A stretch of 64,000 nt of DNA from positions 21,737 through 85,736 of the forward strand of contig JANYAK010000022.1 in the NCBI GenBank assembly GCA_025361335.1, read 5' to 3'. The position numbers and the translations under genes were made by a program. Origin of the DNA: Coriobacteriia bacterium. Its GTDB lineage: Bacteria; Actinomycetota; Coriobacteriia; Anaerosomatales; PALSA-660. Numbering within the stretch: position 1 is the stretch's first letter; each line of letters opens with the position of its first letter. Below the pieces are notes generated by a model. The model was not told the DNA's origin. It saw nothing but the letters and a program-made list of their open reading frames with translations, and ran no database searches. This document shows, one piece after another, positions 6,797 through 16,883 of this stretch.

Positions 6797-9040
6797 TCAC
6801 TTCGGCGCCGGGTTCGAACCGCCGGCGGCGAGGCTGGCCTCGACCGACTTGAGCCCAGCGGTGGCGCGAGCATCACCCGGCTGCAGAACGAGGACCCGGT
6901 CGTACTGCGCCCGCGCCTTCTCGTACTCGCCGAGCCGCGCATACGTGTCGCCCAGCAGCTGCATGGGCTCCGCGTAGTTCGGGTCCATCAGGACCGCAGC
7001 CTCGAGGACCGTCGCGGCTGAGTCGAGGCGCCCGAGGGTCCAGAGAGCCAAGGCCTTCTGGAGCCGGATCGCCGGTCCGTAGGGCTCGACCGCGATGCCC
7101 CGATCGGCCACCTTCACCGCGCGCTGGGCGAAGTCTCCCTGGAACGCGTTGCCCGCCTGGTTGTAAAGAGCCGCCAGGAACACATAGTTGTCGAACTCGG
7201 TGGGCACGAGCGCGATGACGTCTTGGTACGCCCTCTCCGCGAGCACGAACGCATCGTACGCGTGTCGTACGTCGGGCTGCGGATCCTTGCCGTCCGCCTC
7301 TGTCTGTCTCGCAGTATCGAGATCGACGGCCATCTGCTGCGCGTAGGTCTGGCCCAGTTGGGCGCGGTACATGTCGTTGAACGGGTTGAGCCGGATGGCC
7401 GATTGGATCGAGGCCAGCGTGCTTCCGCCGGAGCTCGTGTTGAACTGCGCATGCAAATAGTCGTTGTCGGCGACGATGTAGGCGATGTTGTACACGGACG
7501 CGGCGCTCACGACGACCGTCATGGCGAAGGCCGCCGCCATGCCCCACTTCGGTGCCGCGATCTCCACGACGCGCGCCGTCGGTGCCACGACCATCGCGAG
7601 AGACAGCCACAGGAACACGGACGAGCCCGTCACCGACAACCCGAACATCAGATGGACGATGTAGCCGACAGCCGCGGCCCAGAATCCCGTCACGATCAGC
7701 CCCGCGGCGCCCCGGTCACGCCGGAACGCGCTGGGCGCGCCGAGGAACAGGATCCAGCCGAACAGCCCATACAGGAGGAAGGCGCCGACGAGTCCGATGC
7801 CCGCCGCGAGCTGGAGCGGATAGTTGTGGACGTTGTCCGCGACCGACAGATACCCGGCATCCCTCGTGTAGGTGAGCGGCTTGGTGTGAGGGAACACGAG
7901 CCGGAACGTGTCGGCGCCGAAGCCGAGAATCGGTCGCTCCTTGACCGCCCGCACGGCAGCCTGCCAGATCTCGAACCTGGTCAGAGCGCTTCCCTCGTTC
8001 AGCTTGAAGATCGACGCCATGCGCGTCCAGATGTTGAGCACCGGGTTGTCGCTGCGCAGGCTGCGCGCCACGACGGCCCCGCTTATCGCCGTGCCGACAC
8101 CCGCCGCGGTCCAGTCGAGAAGGCCCCATTCGACCTTCGCGAGCGCCGCCGCGACCACCGTGATGCCCAGTGCGACGACACCCCCGATCCAGGCGCTGCG
8201 CACGAACGCCGTGAGCCACGCCGCGACGCTCACCAGGAACACCGCCCAGTAGATGCCCCGCCAGACCCTGCGGGACTCCGCGAGGGCCATGACCAGCGCG
8301 ATGGGCAGCAACAGCACCAGGAACCCGCCTAGCAGGTCGGGGTTGCCGAAGGTCGCGAAGCCGCGATTGAACTCGAACGGCAGCTGTGTCCCCCACTGGA
8401 TGGGATCGATCCCGAGGAACTGCGAGAACCCGTAGGCCGCCACGATCGCTCCAGAGACGACGAACGTGTGCGCCAAGGAACGCGAGCGGCTGGGCCTGTC
8501 CACCAGCTGGACGACCAGGAAGTAGACGATCGCGTACGTGAGGAACGAGAGGAAGCCCTCGTAGCGTCGGTACTTCCCGAAGATCGCGGTCGCGGGACTC
8601 ACCGACGTGAACGAGGTGATCAGGACCCATGTCAGGAAGGCGAGGATGATGAAGTCGGCTCGCGTGCGACGCAACTTGCCGCCGCGCACCAGCAGGTCGG
8701 CCGACCAGGCGCCCACCCCGACCAGAGCGCACGCCCTCATGACGAAGACCTTCACGATGTCGAACTGGTCGTAGGTGAGCGGGAGCGCGAACACCGTGAG
8801 GCCTGGGGCCAGCTTGAAGATCCAGTTGGCGTTGCTGATCGCGAGGGGCACAGCGAAGACGAGGACGTGAAGGGCGACCCAAGCGACCTTGTGCGCACCG
8901 CTCATGCCGTCCATGGGGCGAGCCGCGGCTACCTGCCGAGACGGGGTCGCGACCGGCTTGGAACGCTGCGCGGAGCCCGCGCTCTTGCCGCCCTTTCGCC
9001 TGCCTGACGCCACCTCGGCCATCCCCCTATCGAGCGCCAC
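6797..9040 (-). CDS. O-antigen ligase / Wzy_C-domain polytopic membrane protein with C-terminal TPR domain
   Basis: Many TM segments. Wzy_C-like core ADNVHNYPLQLAAGIGLVGAFLLYG. The C-terminal ~230 aa are TPR-like (LGDTYARLGEYEKARAQYDRVLVLQPGD, ALALWTLGRLDSAATVLEAAVLMDPNY). Start is uncertain (GTG 9040 or ATG 9022). Confidence 0.8.
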   Translation of the reverse strand: MALDRGMAEVASGRRKGGKSAGSAQRSKPVATPSRQVAAARPMDGMSGAHKVAWVALHVLVFAVPLAISNANWIFKLAPGLTVFALPLTYDQFDIVKVFVMRACALVGVGAWSADLLVRGGKLRRTRADFIILAFLTWVLITSFTSVSPATAIFGKYRRYEGFLSFLTYAIVYFLVVQLVDRPSRSRSLAHTFVVSGAIVAAYGFSQFLGIDPIQWGTQLPFEFNRGFATFGNPDLLGGFLVLLLPIALVMALAESRRVWRGIYWAVFLVSVAAWLTAFVRSAWIGGVVALGITVVAAALAKVEWGLLDWTAAGVGTAISGAVVARSLRSDNPVLNIWTRMASIFKLNEGSALTRFEIWQAAVRAVKERPILGFGADTFRLVFPHTKPLTYTRDAGYLSVADNVHNYPLQLAAGIGLVGAFLLYGLFGWILFLGAPSAFRRDRGAAGLIVTGFWAAAVGYIVHLMFGLSVTGSSVFLWLSLAMVVAPTARVVEIAAPKWGMAAAFAMTVVVSAASVYNIAYIVADNDYLHAQFNTSSGGSTLASIQSAIRLNPFNDMYRAQLGQTYAQQMAVDLDTARQTEADGKDPQPDVRHAYDAFVLAERAYQDVIALVPTEFDNYVFLAALYNQAGNAFQGDFAQRAVKVADRGIAVEPYGPAIRLQKALALWTLGRLDSAATVLEAAVLMDPNYAEPMQLLGDTYARLGEYEKARAQYDRVLVLQPGDARATAGLKSVEASLAAGGSNPAPK

Positions 9041-10397
9041 GGCCGGTCAGGACCACGCGCACGGTGTCGACGACGATCTGCACATCCATCAGCAGGTTCT
9101 GATGATACATGTAGATGAGGTCGTACTTCAGTTTGCGGGCGGGGGTCGTCGCGTACGATCCGCTCACCTGGGCGAGCCCGGTCGCCCCCGGCTTGAGACG
9201 GAACCTCTCGCGATAGCCCGGGATGTCTCGCAGGAACGAAGCGACGAATGCCGGGCGTTCGGGACGTGGTCCGATGAAGCTCATCTCACCGCGCAGGATG
9301 TTCACCAGCTGCGGGAGCTCGTCGATCCGGTAGGTGCGCAGGAACCGGCCGAGCGGCGTGATCCTCGGGTCCTCCTCTGTGGCGAAGACCGGGCCGCTGA
9401 CCGACTCGGCGTCGCGAACCATCGTGCGGAACTTGATCACCTTGAATAGGCGCATGTCCCTGCCCACCCGCTCCTGGAGGAACAGGACGGGCCAGCCCAT
9501 GGTGGTCAGGATCCCCAGGGCTGCCAGCAACATGATCGGGCTGAGCGCGACGAGCAGGACGACTCCGAAGAGGGCGTCGAGCAGCCGCTTCGCGCCCGAG
9601 TACCACTGGGGCGAGCGATGGGTGATCTCCATCAGTGGGATGTCGGCGACGATGCTGTCCACGGTCCCGATGAAGATCTCGTACAGTTCGGGCACCACAT
9701 CCACGCGAACGTCCGTCTCGCCTGTCAGCGTGATGTCCTCGAACAACTCACGCAGGGCGACGGGCGAGGCCACGATGACCCGGTCCACCCGCTCGCGCGC
9801 GACCAGGGCCGACAGCTCGTGAACGGTGCCGAGGACGGAGTGCCCGGGGGTGTCGGCCGCCTCACCGAACGCCTTGTCCTCATCGCGGGCGACCAGGCCG
9901 ACGACCCGGTATCCCCACTTCTCGCGCTCCGCCAGCCGTGCCGCCAGCTCCCGGGCCAGCGGCCCCGTGCCGACGATGAGCACTCTCTGCTCGGGCCAGT
10001 GTATGGGCGTGAGACGCGTCGCCCCGACTCGCCAGCCGATGAGGAGGAGGACCTGGAGTGGCGCGGCGATCAGGATGACGAGCCGCGGGAAGGCGTCGAA
10101 GGTCTGACCGGACAGTTGGAGCCCGCCCAAGGTGAGCAGGGTCGTGAGTGTGGCCGCCGACAGCGCGCTGCGGACGATGGACCACGCGCTCTCGACCCGC
10201 TCCGGATCGTAGAGCCCGTAGATGTAGGCGCCGACCAGGAACGTCACCGTCAGGAACGGCGCGAGCGAGTAGTAGGCGCGGACGTTGTACGCGGGCAGCG
10301 TGCCCCCGAAGCGCACGAAGAACGCGGCGAGCACCGCCGCGTTGTATGTCAGCGCATCGACGATGATGGAGAGCCATGCGAACTGGGCGCGCGACAC
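9027..10397 (-). CDS. Polyprenyl-phosphate glycosyl-1-phosphate transferase (WbaP/bacterial sugar transferase family), initiating enzyme
   Basis: N-terminal TM bundle, central Rossmann-like VLIVGTGPLARELA, and C-terminal catalytic signature KRLLDALFGVVLL...RVGRDMRLFKVIKFRTM...DPRITPLGRFLRTYRIDELPQLVNILRGEMSFIGPRPERP. Confidence 0.9.
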   Translation of the reverse strand: MSRAQFAWLSIIVDALTYNAAVLAAFFVRFGGTLPAYNVRAYYSLAPFLTVTFLVGAYIYGLYDPERVESAWSIVRSALSAATLTTLLTLGGLQLSGQTFDAFPRLVILIAAPLQVLLLIGWRVGATRLTPIHWPEQRVLIVGTGPLARELAARLAEREKWGYRVVGLVARDEDKAFGEAADTPGHSVLGTVHELSALVARERVDRVIVASPVALRELFEDITLTGETDVRVDVVPELYEIFIGTVDSIVADIPLMEITHRSPQWYSGAKRLLDALFGVVLLVALSPIMLLAALGILTTMGWPVLFLQERVGRDMRLFKVIKFRTMVRDAESVSGPVFATEEDPRITPLGRFLRTYRIDELPQLVNILRGEMSFIGPRPERPAFVASFLRDIPGYRERFRLKPGATGLAQVSGSYATTPARKLKYDLIYMYHQNLLMDVQIVVDTVRVVLTGRGAR

Positions 10398-11537
10398 CTA
10401 TGCCACTCCCGTCAGTTCGCGGTACAGGCCCAAGTACGCCGATGTCATCGTCTCGACGGTGAAGCCGGCCAGCACGCGCTCGCGGGCCTGCCTCCCGAGA
10501 CGGGCGCGCAGCCCCTCGTCTCCCGTCAGCAGCCGCAGTGCGTCGGCCAACCGCTCCACGTCCCCCGCGGGGACGGTGATCCCCGTGACCCCGTCGAGGT
10601 TCGCGTACGGGACCGACGTGGGAACATCGGTGGAAACGCACGGCGTGCCGCACACCTGTGCTTCGAGCTGGACGATGCCGAACGACTCGGCGCGCGACAC
10701 GGACGGAAGGCACAGCACGTCCGCCGCGTGGTAGTGCGCGACCAAACTCTCGAGCGGCTGAGACGGCAGGAAGGTCACGCGCCCCTTCGGCCTCAGGGCC
10801 ACCGCCATCTCGCGCAGGCGGCTCTCGAGCGGCCCGCTGCCCATGACGACCAGATCGGCGTCGACACCGGCCATGGCGCGCACCAAGACCTCGACCCCCT
10901 TGTAGTAGACGAGCCTCCCGACGAACAGCACGGTGGGACGATCGTGCTGCTGCCGCAGCCCCGCGACAGCCGAGACGACGGAGGGCGTGAGGTCGTAGCG
11001 CGCGGGCTCGATGCCGTACGGGATGACGCGGCACTTATCGGCATAGCGCGACAGCACGTCGCTGCCCTCGATGATGTTGGGCGACGACGCCACGATCGCG
11101 TCGGCGCGCCGAAAGACAGCGTCCAGGATGGGTCGATACAGCGCGAGCAGGCGCTTCTGCCTCGTGATGTCCGCGTGGTAGCCGATCACCATGGGCACGC
11201 GAGAACCGGAGGACAGCCATGCGGCTTCTCCCCAGGGATACGGGTGGTTCAGCTGGATGAGGTCGGACGCGCCGGGGCCCCGCCCGGCGGCTCGGATGGC
11301 GGCGGGCATCCCGAGAGCAAGGGGCGTCTTCGCGATCGCCGCGGCCCGTGCGAGCCGTGTCACGGAGACCCCGTCGACGATGTCGGTGACCGTGACGCCC
11401 GCCTCGTTCGCCACTATCGCGGCAACGTCGACCCCTTTGGCCGCCAAGCCCGCCGACAGAGTGGCCACGACAGTCTCGACCCCTCCGAGGTGTGGCGGGC
11501 TGTAGTACTTGTTCACCTGGGTGACGCGCATCGCCAT
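10398..11537 (-). CDS. Glycosyltransferase, GT4 (GT-B fold)
   Basis: MRVTQVNKYYSPPHLGGVE N-terminus. E-x7-E region SRAESFGIVQLEAQVCGTPCV. Abuts the downstream start with no gap. Confidence 0.85.
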   Translation of the reverse strand: MAMRVTQVNKYYSPPHLGGVETVVATLSAGLAAKGVDVAAIVANEAGVTVTDIVDGVSVTRLARAAAIAKTPLALGMPAAIRAAGRGPGASDLIQLNHPYPWGEAAWLSSGSRVPMVIGYHADITRQKRLLALYRPILDAVFRRADAIVASSPNIIEGSDVLSRYADKCRVIPYGIEPARYDLTPSVVSAVAGLRQQHDRPTVLFVGRLVYYKGVEVLVRAMAGVDADLVVMGSGPLESRLREMAVALRPKGRVTFLPSQPLESLVAHYHAADVLCLPSVSRAESFGIVQLEAQVCGTPCVSTDVPTSVPYANLDGVTGITVPAGDVERLADALRLLTGDEGLRARLGRQARERVLAGFTVETMTSAYLGLYRELTGVA

Positions 11538-11541
11538 CGAG

Positions 11542-12942
11542 CTACACGGTCCCCTCGGCGATCGCGCGGCCTGCCGCCAGAAGGTCGTCCACCACGCCGA
11601 GGCTCGGGGCCTCGGCGTAGACGCGGACGAGCGGCTCCGTCCCCGACGGCCGCAGAAGGAGCCACGCGTCGTCCGGGAGAAGGAACTTGATGCCGTCGGA
11701 GCGCTGAGTCTCCTTCACTGGCAAGCCGGCGATCTCCGTGGGCTCGAGGCGCGGGATGGAATCCACGAACGAATCCTTCACGGCCGAGTCGAGCTTGAGA
11801 TCGACACGGCGATACTCCATGGGACCGGTCAGCTCCAGCAGGTCGTCGATGAGCTCGCCCAGCCCCTTACCCTTCTGGGCCATCATCTCGGCGAGCATGA
11901 GCGCCATAAGCAGGCCGTCGCGCTCACGGACATGACTGGGGATTCCGATGCCGCCGGACTCCTCGCCGCCGATCATCACGCCGCCCTTGACCATCTCCTC
12001 ATATATCCACTTGAATCCGACCGGCGTCGTGACGACCTCGATGCCCAGCCGGTTGGCCAGACGGTCCACCAGCACCGAGGTGGAGACCGTCTTCACGATC
12101 GTGCCACGCTGTCCCTTGTCCTCGAAGAGGTGCCGGGCGACCAGAGCGATGATGCGGTGTGGATTCACGAACGTCCCGCTGCGATCCACGGCACCGATGC
12201 GGTCCGCATCGCCGTCGGTGACGAACGCCGCGTCGAGGCCGCGTGAGCGGACGAGCGCGCAGACATCGTCGATGTGCGGTGGGATCGGTTCGGGATGCAG
12301 CCCGCTGAACCCGGGATTGTCCTCGCCGTGGACCTCGATGACCTCGACCCCGAACTCACGGAACACGCCGGCAAGATAGCCGCGACCGGCGCCGTGCAGC
12401 GGGTCGACCGCGACCTTGAGGCTAGCGGCGCGGATGGCCTCGGCGTCCACCAGACCGCGCAGGGACTCCAGATACGGCCCCATGAGATCGACGACCTCGT
12501 ACTCGCCGCGCGCGGCGGGCGGATCGGGCAGGAGCGCCGCCTCGACCTTGTCGGTGAAGGCCACGGGAGACGCCCCCCCGTCGGCCATGCGAAGCTTGAA
12601 GCCGAGGTACGGCGCGGGGTTGTGGCTGGCGGTCAGCATGACCCCCGCGACCGCGGCGTCGTCGCGCGACACGTTCCAGCACAGCGCGGGCGTCGGGCAG
12701 TAGCTGTCGGACACCTTGGCGACCAGGCCGTGCGAACTCAGGACCTCGGCGGCCGCGCGTGCGAACGAACCCGCCTGGAAGCGCGTGTCGTAGCCGACGA
12801 GAACGGTGCCGCCCGGGCTCGCGGACGAGATGACCCGCCCGGCGGCGTCGGCGACCCGACGCAGGTTCGCGTAGGTGAAGTCGTCGGCGATGACGGCACG
12901 CCAGCCGTCCGTGCCGAACGTGATGGGGGCAGGATCCGGCAT
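11542..12942 (-). CDS. Phosphomannomutase/phosphoglucomutase (alpha-D-phosphohexomutase)
   Basis: ORF trimmed to ATG 12942 (GGAGGA upstream). FGTDGWRA start, active-site loop LTASHNPAPYLGFK, metal loop FVTDGDADRIG, and sugar loop GGEESGG. Confidence 0.85.
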   Translation of the reverse strand: MPDPAPITFGTDGWRAVIADDFTYANLRRVADAAGRVISSASPGGTVLVGYDTRFQAGSFARAAAEVLSSHGLVAKVSDSYCPTPALCWNVSRDDAAVAGVMLTASHNPAPYLGFKLRMADGGASPVAFTDKVEAALLPDPPAARGEYEVVDLMGPYLESLRGLVDAEAIRAASLKVAVDPLHGAGRGYLAGVFREFGVEVIEVHGEDNPGFSGLHPEPIPPHIDDVCALVRSRGLDAAFVTDGDADRIGAVDRSGTFVNPHRIIALVARHLFEDKGQRGTIVKTVSTSVLVDRLANRLGIEVVTTPVGFKWIYEEMVKGGVMIGGEESGGIGIPSHVRERDGLLMALMLAEMMAQKGKGLGELIDDLLELTGPMEYRRVDLKLDSAVKDSFVDSIPRLEPTEIAGLPVKETQRSDGIKFLLPDDAWLLLRPSGTEPLVRVYAEAPSLGVVDDLLAAGRAIAEGTV

Positions 12943-12999
12943 GGCGTCCTCCGAGCTCGAAACGACATACGCCTGCCCGACAGCGGGCAACGTGGCCCT

Positions 13000-13005
13000 A
13001 TTCTA
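13000..13005 (-). promoter_or_regulatory. -10-like TAGAAT about 58 nt upstream of the phosphohexomutase gene
   Basis: Plus strand ATTCTA sits within the 150-nt gap 12943..13092. Confidence 0.3.
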
Positions 13006-13092
13006 GCCGATAGAGGTGTCGGCGGCCCCGGCGTCGGAGTCGCCGTCGAGAGCGACCGCGTCCTCGGGTCGCCTGCGCCGCGGAGCAAGGCG

Positions 13093-14163
13093 TCAACGCC
13101 CCGTGACCTCGCGGTACACGCCGACCGTCGCCTCGGCGGTCGCCGCCCAGGTGAGCATCGCCGCGCGCTGTCGGCCGGCCGCTCGCAGCCGCGCGGCTTC
13201 TCCCGGATCATCCAGCACGCGGGATACCGCCGCCGCGAGCGCAGAGACGTCCCCGGGGTCGAACATGATCGCCGCGTCGCCCACGACCTCGGGAAGCGAG
13301 GTGTCACGCGCGCAGACGACCGGCGCACCGAGGGCCATAGCCTCGAGCGGGGGCAAACCGAAACCCTCGTACAGCGACGGGAAGGCGAAGACGGCGGCGT
13401 TCCCGTACAGGGCGCGCAATGTGGCGTCGTCGGTCCTCCCGGCGAACCCGACCTTCGCGGCGGCGGGGTCGGAACCCAGAACATCCGCGATGTATCCTGG
13501 CCGGTCCTCTCCCGCGAGCACCAGTCGCACGTCCGGCCGCAAAGGCGACACTCGCGAGAACGCCGCCAGTAGCGTCGGCAGATCCTTGTGCGGCTTGGTG
13601 TTGCCCATCGAGAGCACGTAGCGGACGCCGGCCAGCCCGGAGGGGAGGGGGCCGACCTCACCCGAGCTGAAGTCGTCCGCGGCCTCCGGGACGACGCGCA
13701 CGCGTTCGCCTGCCGACAGGAGCCGGCGAACGTCCGACGCCGTGTTCGCTGACGGGCAGATCAGGCGGTCGGCGCCCCGCACGGCCGCGACGTTCATGCG
13801 GCGATACACCACCCGTCGGATCAGCGACGGCATCACACCGCTGACGATCAGCGGGCTGAGGTCGTGCAGCGTCACGACCAGCGGCTGAGGGACGGGACGA
13901 GGCACGGGGAAGTGCAGGCAATGCGTCACGTCCGGCGCTACACGACGGACGATCCGGCCGAGCTCGAGGCCTCCGGCGAGGGTGAACGGGCGCGCGGCGG
14001 CCGGGATCGACAGCGCGTCGGACACCGGCGTGGTGCCTCTGTCCGCGACCACTTGGATCAGTTCGATGTCGTCGCGATCGGCCAGCGCGCGAGTAAGGCC
14101 CGTCGAGTATCGGCCGACCCCGGACCAGTCCGCCATGCGACAGTCGACCAGAACGCGCATCAT
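13093..14163 (-). CDS. Glycosyltransferase, GT4 (GT-B fold)
   Basis: ORF trimmed to ATG 14163 (GGAGGGGA upstream; ATGA overlap with the upstream stop). MMRVLVDCRMADWSGVGRYS N-terminus. SLYEGFGLPPLEAMALGAPVV E-x7-E motif. Confidence 0.85.
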   Translation of the reverse strand: MMRVLVDCRMADWSGVGRYSTGLTRALADRDDIELIQVVADRGTTPVSDALSIPAAARPFTLAGGLELGRIVRRVAPDVTHCLHFPVPRPVPQPLVVTLHDLSPLIVSGVMPSLIRRVVYRRMNVAAVRGADRLICPSANTASDVRRLLSAGERVRVVPEAADDFSSGEVGPLPSGLAGVRYVLSMGNTKPHKDLPTLLAAFSRVSPLRPDVRLVLAGEDRPGYIADVLGSDPAAAKVGFAGRTDDATLRALYGNAAVFAFPSLYEGFGLPPLEAMALGAPVVCARDTSLPEVVGDAAIMFDPGDVSALAAAVSRVLDDPGEAARLRAAGRQRAAMLTWAATAEATVGVYREVTGR

Positions 14164-15005
14164 GGGCGAGGTCCCCTCCACGAGCGGGCGGAGAGGCCCA
14201 GACGCGCAGCCGCCTTCAGTCCCCACAGATGCTGCTGATCGCAGTAGCGCAGGAAGCTCTCCCTGTACGCGCGCTCACCCAGCGCGGAGGCCCCGCCGCC
14301 GGAGGAGCCGGCATGGTGGACGACCGGCGCAGTCGGCTCCTGGAGCACCTCCCACCCGTGCTGGCGCATCCTGTGGCACCACTCGACATCCTCGTAGTAG
14401 AGGAAATACCCGGCGTCCATCGCGCCGGCCTCTTCGATCGCGGAGCGCCGGACAAGCATGCACGCGCCCGTCACCCAGTCAACGCTTCGCGTCCTCGTGA
14501 AGCCCCGCGGACTGAGCGCGCGATTCCCCGTGATCGCCTGCCACGCCCTCCAGAGGCGGAGTCCGACCACCTGGGCCAGTGAGGGGAAGTGCCCCGCCTG
14601 GCCGGCCTGGAGCGATCCAGAAGCGTCCAGGATCCTTGCGCCGACGATAGCGGCATCCGGCCGGGCGTCAGCCGTTGCGATCAACGCGGCGAGCGCCCCT
14701 GGGCCGAGCTCCGCGTCGGGGTTCAGCAACAATGCGTATTTGCCGGACGTCATCTCCAGACCGGCGTTGTTGGCGGCCGCGAAGCCGTCGTTTCGCACAG
14801 CCGCGATGCGCACTCGGGGATGCACGGCCGCAACGGAGAGCACCGACCCGTCGGTACTCTCGGCATCGACCACGATGACCCGCTCCGGCGAAGCCTGAGC
14901 AACAGCGCTGGAGACGCACGCCTCCAAGAGAGGGCCCGAGTCGTGGGCTACCACGATGATATCGACGTCGGGCTCGCGCCCGGCGCGGTCGGCCTCGCCC
15001 GTCAC
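14160..15005 (-). CDS. Glycosyltransferase, GT2 (rhamnosyltransferase-like)
   Basis: DIIVVAHDSGPLLEACVSS...VIVVDAESTDGS...NNAGLE...LLLNPDAEL, typical GT-A DxD architecture. Probable GTG start at 15005 forms a GTGA overlap with the rmlD stop. Confidence 0.8.
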   Translation of the reverse strand: MTGEADRAGREPDVDIIVVAHDSGPLLEACVSSAVAQASPERVIVVDAESTDGSVLSVAAVHPRVRIAAVRNDGFAAANNAGLEMTSGKYALLLNPDAELGPGALAALIATADARPDAAIVGARILDASGSLQAGQAGHFPSLAQVVGLRLWRAWQAITGNRALSPRGFTRTRSVDWVTGACMLVRRSAIEEAGAMDAGYFLYYEDVEWCHRMRQHGWEVLQEPTAPVVHHAGSSGGGASALGERAYRESFLRYCDQQHLWGLKAAARLGLSARSWRGPRP

Positions 15006-15874
15006 GCGCCGGCCTCGTCGCGAGGTGCGCCTATGAACCGCGCCAGCGCGTTGCGCCAATCGGGCAACACCACGCCGTGAGCCGCGGCGCGAGAGCAGTC
15101 GAGGACCGAGTTCGCCGGGCGGCGCACGCGGCTGGGGAAGGAGGCGCTGATCACCGGCTCGACCGGGTTGGCGAGCCCGGCCAACCGGAGCACCTCGACG
15201 GCCATCTCGTATCGGGTGCAGTGTCCCGAACCCGCCAGATGGTGCACGCCGGCCGCCCCTCGGTCAGCCAGGTCGAGCAGCGCGGCGGCCAGGTCGACCG
15301 TGTACGTGGGAGATCCGCACTCGTCGGTCACGACGTTGAGGGTGGGGTTCGACTCCGCCGCGGCGAGTATCTTGAGCGGGAAGTTGACGCCGCCGGCACC
15401 GAACACCCACGCGGTGCGCACTATGAGCGCGGACGGGTCCGCCGCCTCGACGGCCGCCTCCCCCGCCAACTTGGAGGCGCCGTATACGGACAGCGGGTGA
15501 GGCTCGTCCGTCTCGATGTACGGGCCCGACTTGGCGCCGTCGAAGACGAAGTCCGTCGACACGTGCACGAACCCCAGTCCCGCTTCACGAGCTGCCTCGG
15601 CAAGCACCCGTGCTCCATGCTCGTTGACCCGGAACGCGGTCTCGCGGTCGTCCTCGGCGCGTTCGACGTCGGTGTAGGCGGCGGCGTTCACGAGCAGCGC
15701 GCGGGGGTTGGCGCCGGCGAACTCGCCCACCAATTCACCGACGACCGCGGGGTCGGTGATGTCGAACACCGACTCCGCGGGAGCCTGGAAGGCTATCCCG
15801 CGCTCGACCAGCACGCGCTGCAGTGCGGTCCCCAGCATGCCGCCCGCGCCCGCGATGAGAACGGCGCTCCCCAC
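15002..15874 (-). CDS. rmlD: dTDP-4-dehydrorhamnose reductase
   Basis: GTG 15874 lies 1 nt after the rmlB stop. VLIAGAGGMLGTAL Rossmann, SVYGASKLAGE (YxxxK), VRTAWVFG. Sits in the rmlA-C-B-D order. Confidence 0.85.
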   Translation of the reverse strand: MGSAVLIAGAGGMLGTALQRVLVERGIAFQAPAESVFDITDPAVVGELVGEFAGANPRALLVNAAAYTDVERAEDDRETAFRVNEHGARVLAEAAREAGLGFVHVSTDFVFDGAKSGPYIETDEPHPLSVYGASKLAGEAAVEAADPSALIVRTAWVFGAGGVNFPLKILAAAESNPTLNVVTDECGSPTYTVDLAAALLDLADRGAAGVHHLAGSGHCTRYEMAVEVLRLAGLANPVEPVISASFPSRVRRPANSVLDCSRAAAHGVVLPDWRNALARFIGAPRDEAGA

Positions 15875-15875
15875 G

Positions 15876-16883
15876 TCAGGCCCGCTCGTCGTACCAGCGG
15901 CGACGCCAGTCGGCGAACTCCCCGGTGGAGTGCTTGATCTTGCTCCACCACCACTCGTTATCGCGGTACCACCGGATCGTGTCGCGAAGTCCGGCCTCGA
16001 AGTCGACCTTCGGCGTCCAGCCCGCGTCGGCCATCTTCCCGCAGTCAAGCGCGTAGCGCCGGTCGTGGCCCGGCCTGTCGGAGACCCACGAGATCACGTC
16101 GGGGGTCAGGCCCAGCTCGTCGATGATGATCGCGGTGATCTCGCGGTTCGTCCGCTCGTTGCCGCCGCCGATGTTGTAGACCTCCCCCGGCACTCCGTTG
16201 AACAGCACGAACTCGATGCCGTCGCAGTGGTCGTCGACGTGCAGCCAGTCGCGCACGTTCATGCCGTCGCCGTACAGCGGCAGCTTCCCGCCCTCGAGCG
16301 CATTCGTCACGAACAGCGGGATGAGCTTCTCCGGATACTGGTACGGCCCATAGGTGTTGCTGCCGCGCGTGATCATGACCGGCACACCGTAGGTCGTGTG
16401 GTACGCGAGCACCTGGAGGTCGCCGCCGGCCTTGCTCGCCGAGTACGGGCTCGACGGCTTGATGAGGTCGGTCTCGCGAAACGCCCCGACGTCGATCGAC
16501 CCGTACACCTCGTCGGTCGAGACCTGCACCATGCGCCCGATGCCGCGCGCGCGCACCACCTCCAGCAGCGTGTGCGTGCCGAGGATGTCCGTGTGCAGGA
16601 ACGCCTCCGGCTCCGCGATGGAGCGGTCGACGTGCGTCTCCGCGGCGAAGTTCACGATGGCGTCGACGCCTTCGGCCGCCGCCTCGACAGCCGCCCGTTC
16701 GCAGATGTCACCGCGCACGAAGCTGTAGCGGGGATCGGTGGCGACGTCCCTCAGGTTGTCGAGGTTGCCGGCATACGTGAGCGTGTCGAAACACACGACC
16801 TCCAGGTCGTCATGCTTCGCCAGCATCCGCCGGACGAAGTCGGAGCCGATGAACCCGGCCCCGCCGCATACCAGCAGCCTCAT
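15876..16883 (-). CDS. rmlB: dTDP-glucose 4,6-dehydratase
   Basis: ORF trimmed to ATG 16883 (ATGA overlap with the rmlC stop). MRLLVCGGAGFIGSDF, HVDRSI, STDEVYG, SPYSASKAGGD, NVRDWLHVDDH. Confidence 0.9.
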   Translation of the reverse strand: MRLLVCGGAGFIGSDFVRRMLAKHDDLEVVCFDTLTYAGNLDNLRDVATDPRYSFVRGDICERAAVEAAAEGVDAIVNFAAETHVDRSIAEPEAFLHTDILGTHTLLEVVRARGIGRMVQVSTDEVYGSIDVGAFRETDLIKPSSPYSASKAGGDLQVLAYHTTYGVPVMITRGSNTYGPYQYPEKLIPLFVTNALEGGKLPLYGDGMNVRDWLHVDDHCDGIEFVLFNGVPGEVYNIGGGNERTNREITAIIIDELGLTPDVISWVSDRPGHDRRYALDCGKMADAGWTPKVDFEAGLRDTIRWYRDNEWWWSKIKHSTGEFADWRRRWYDERA

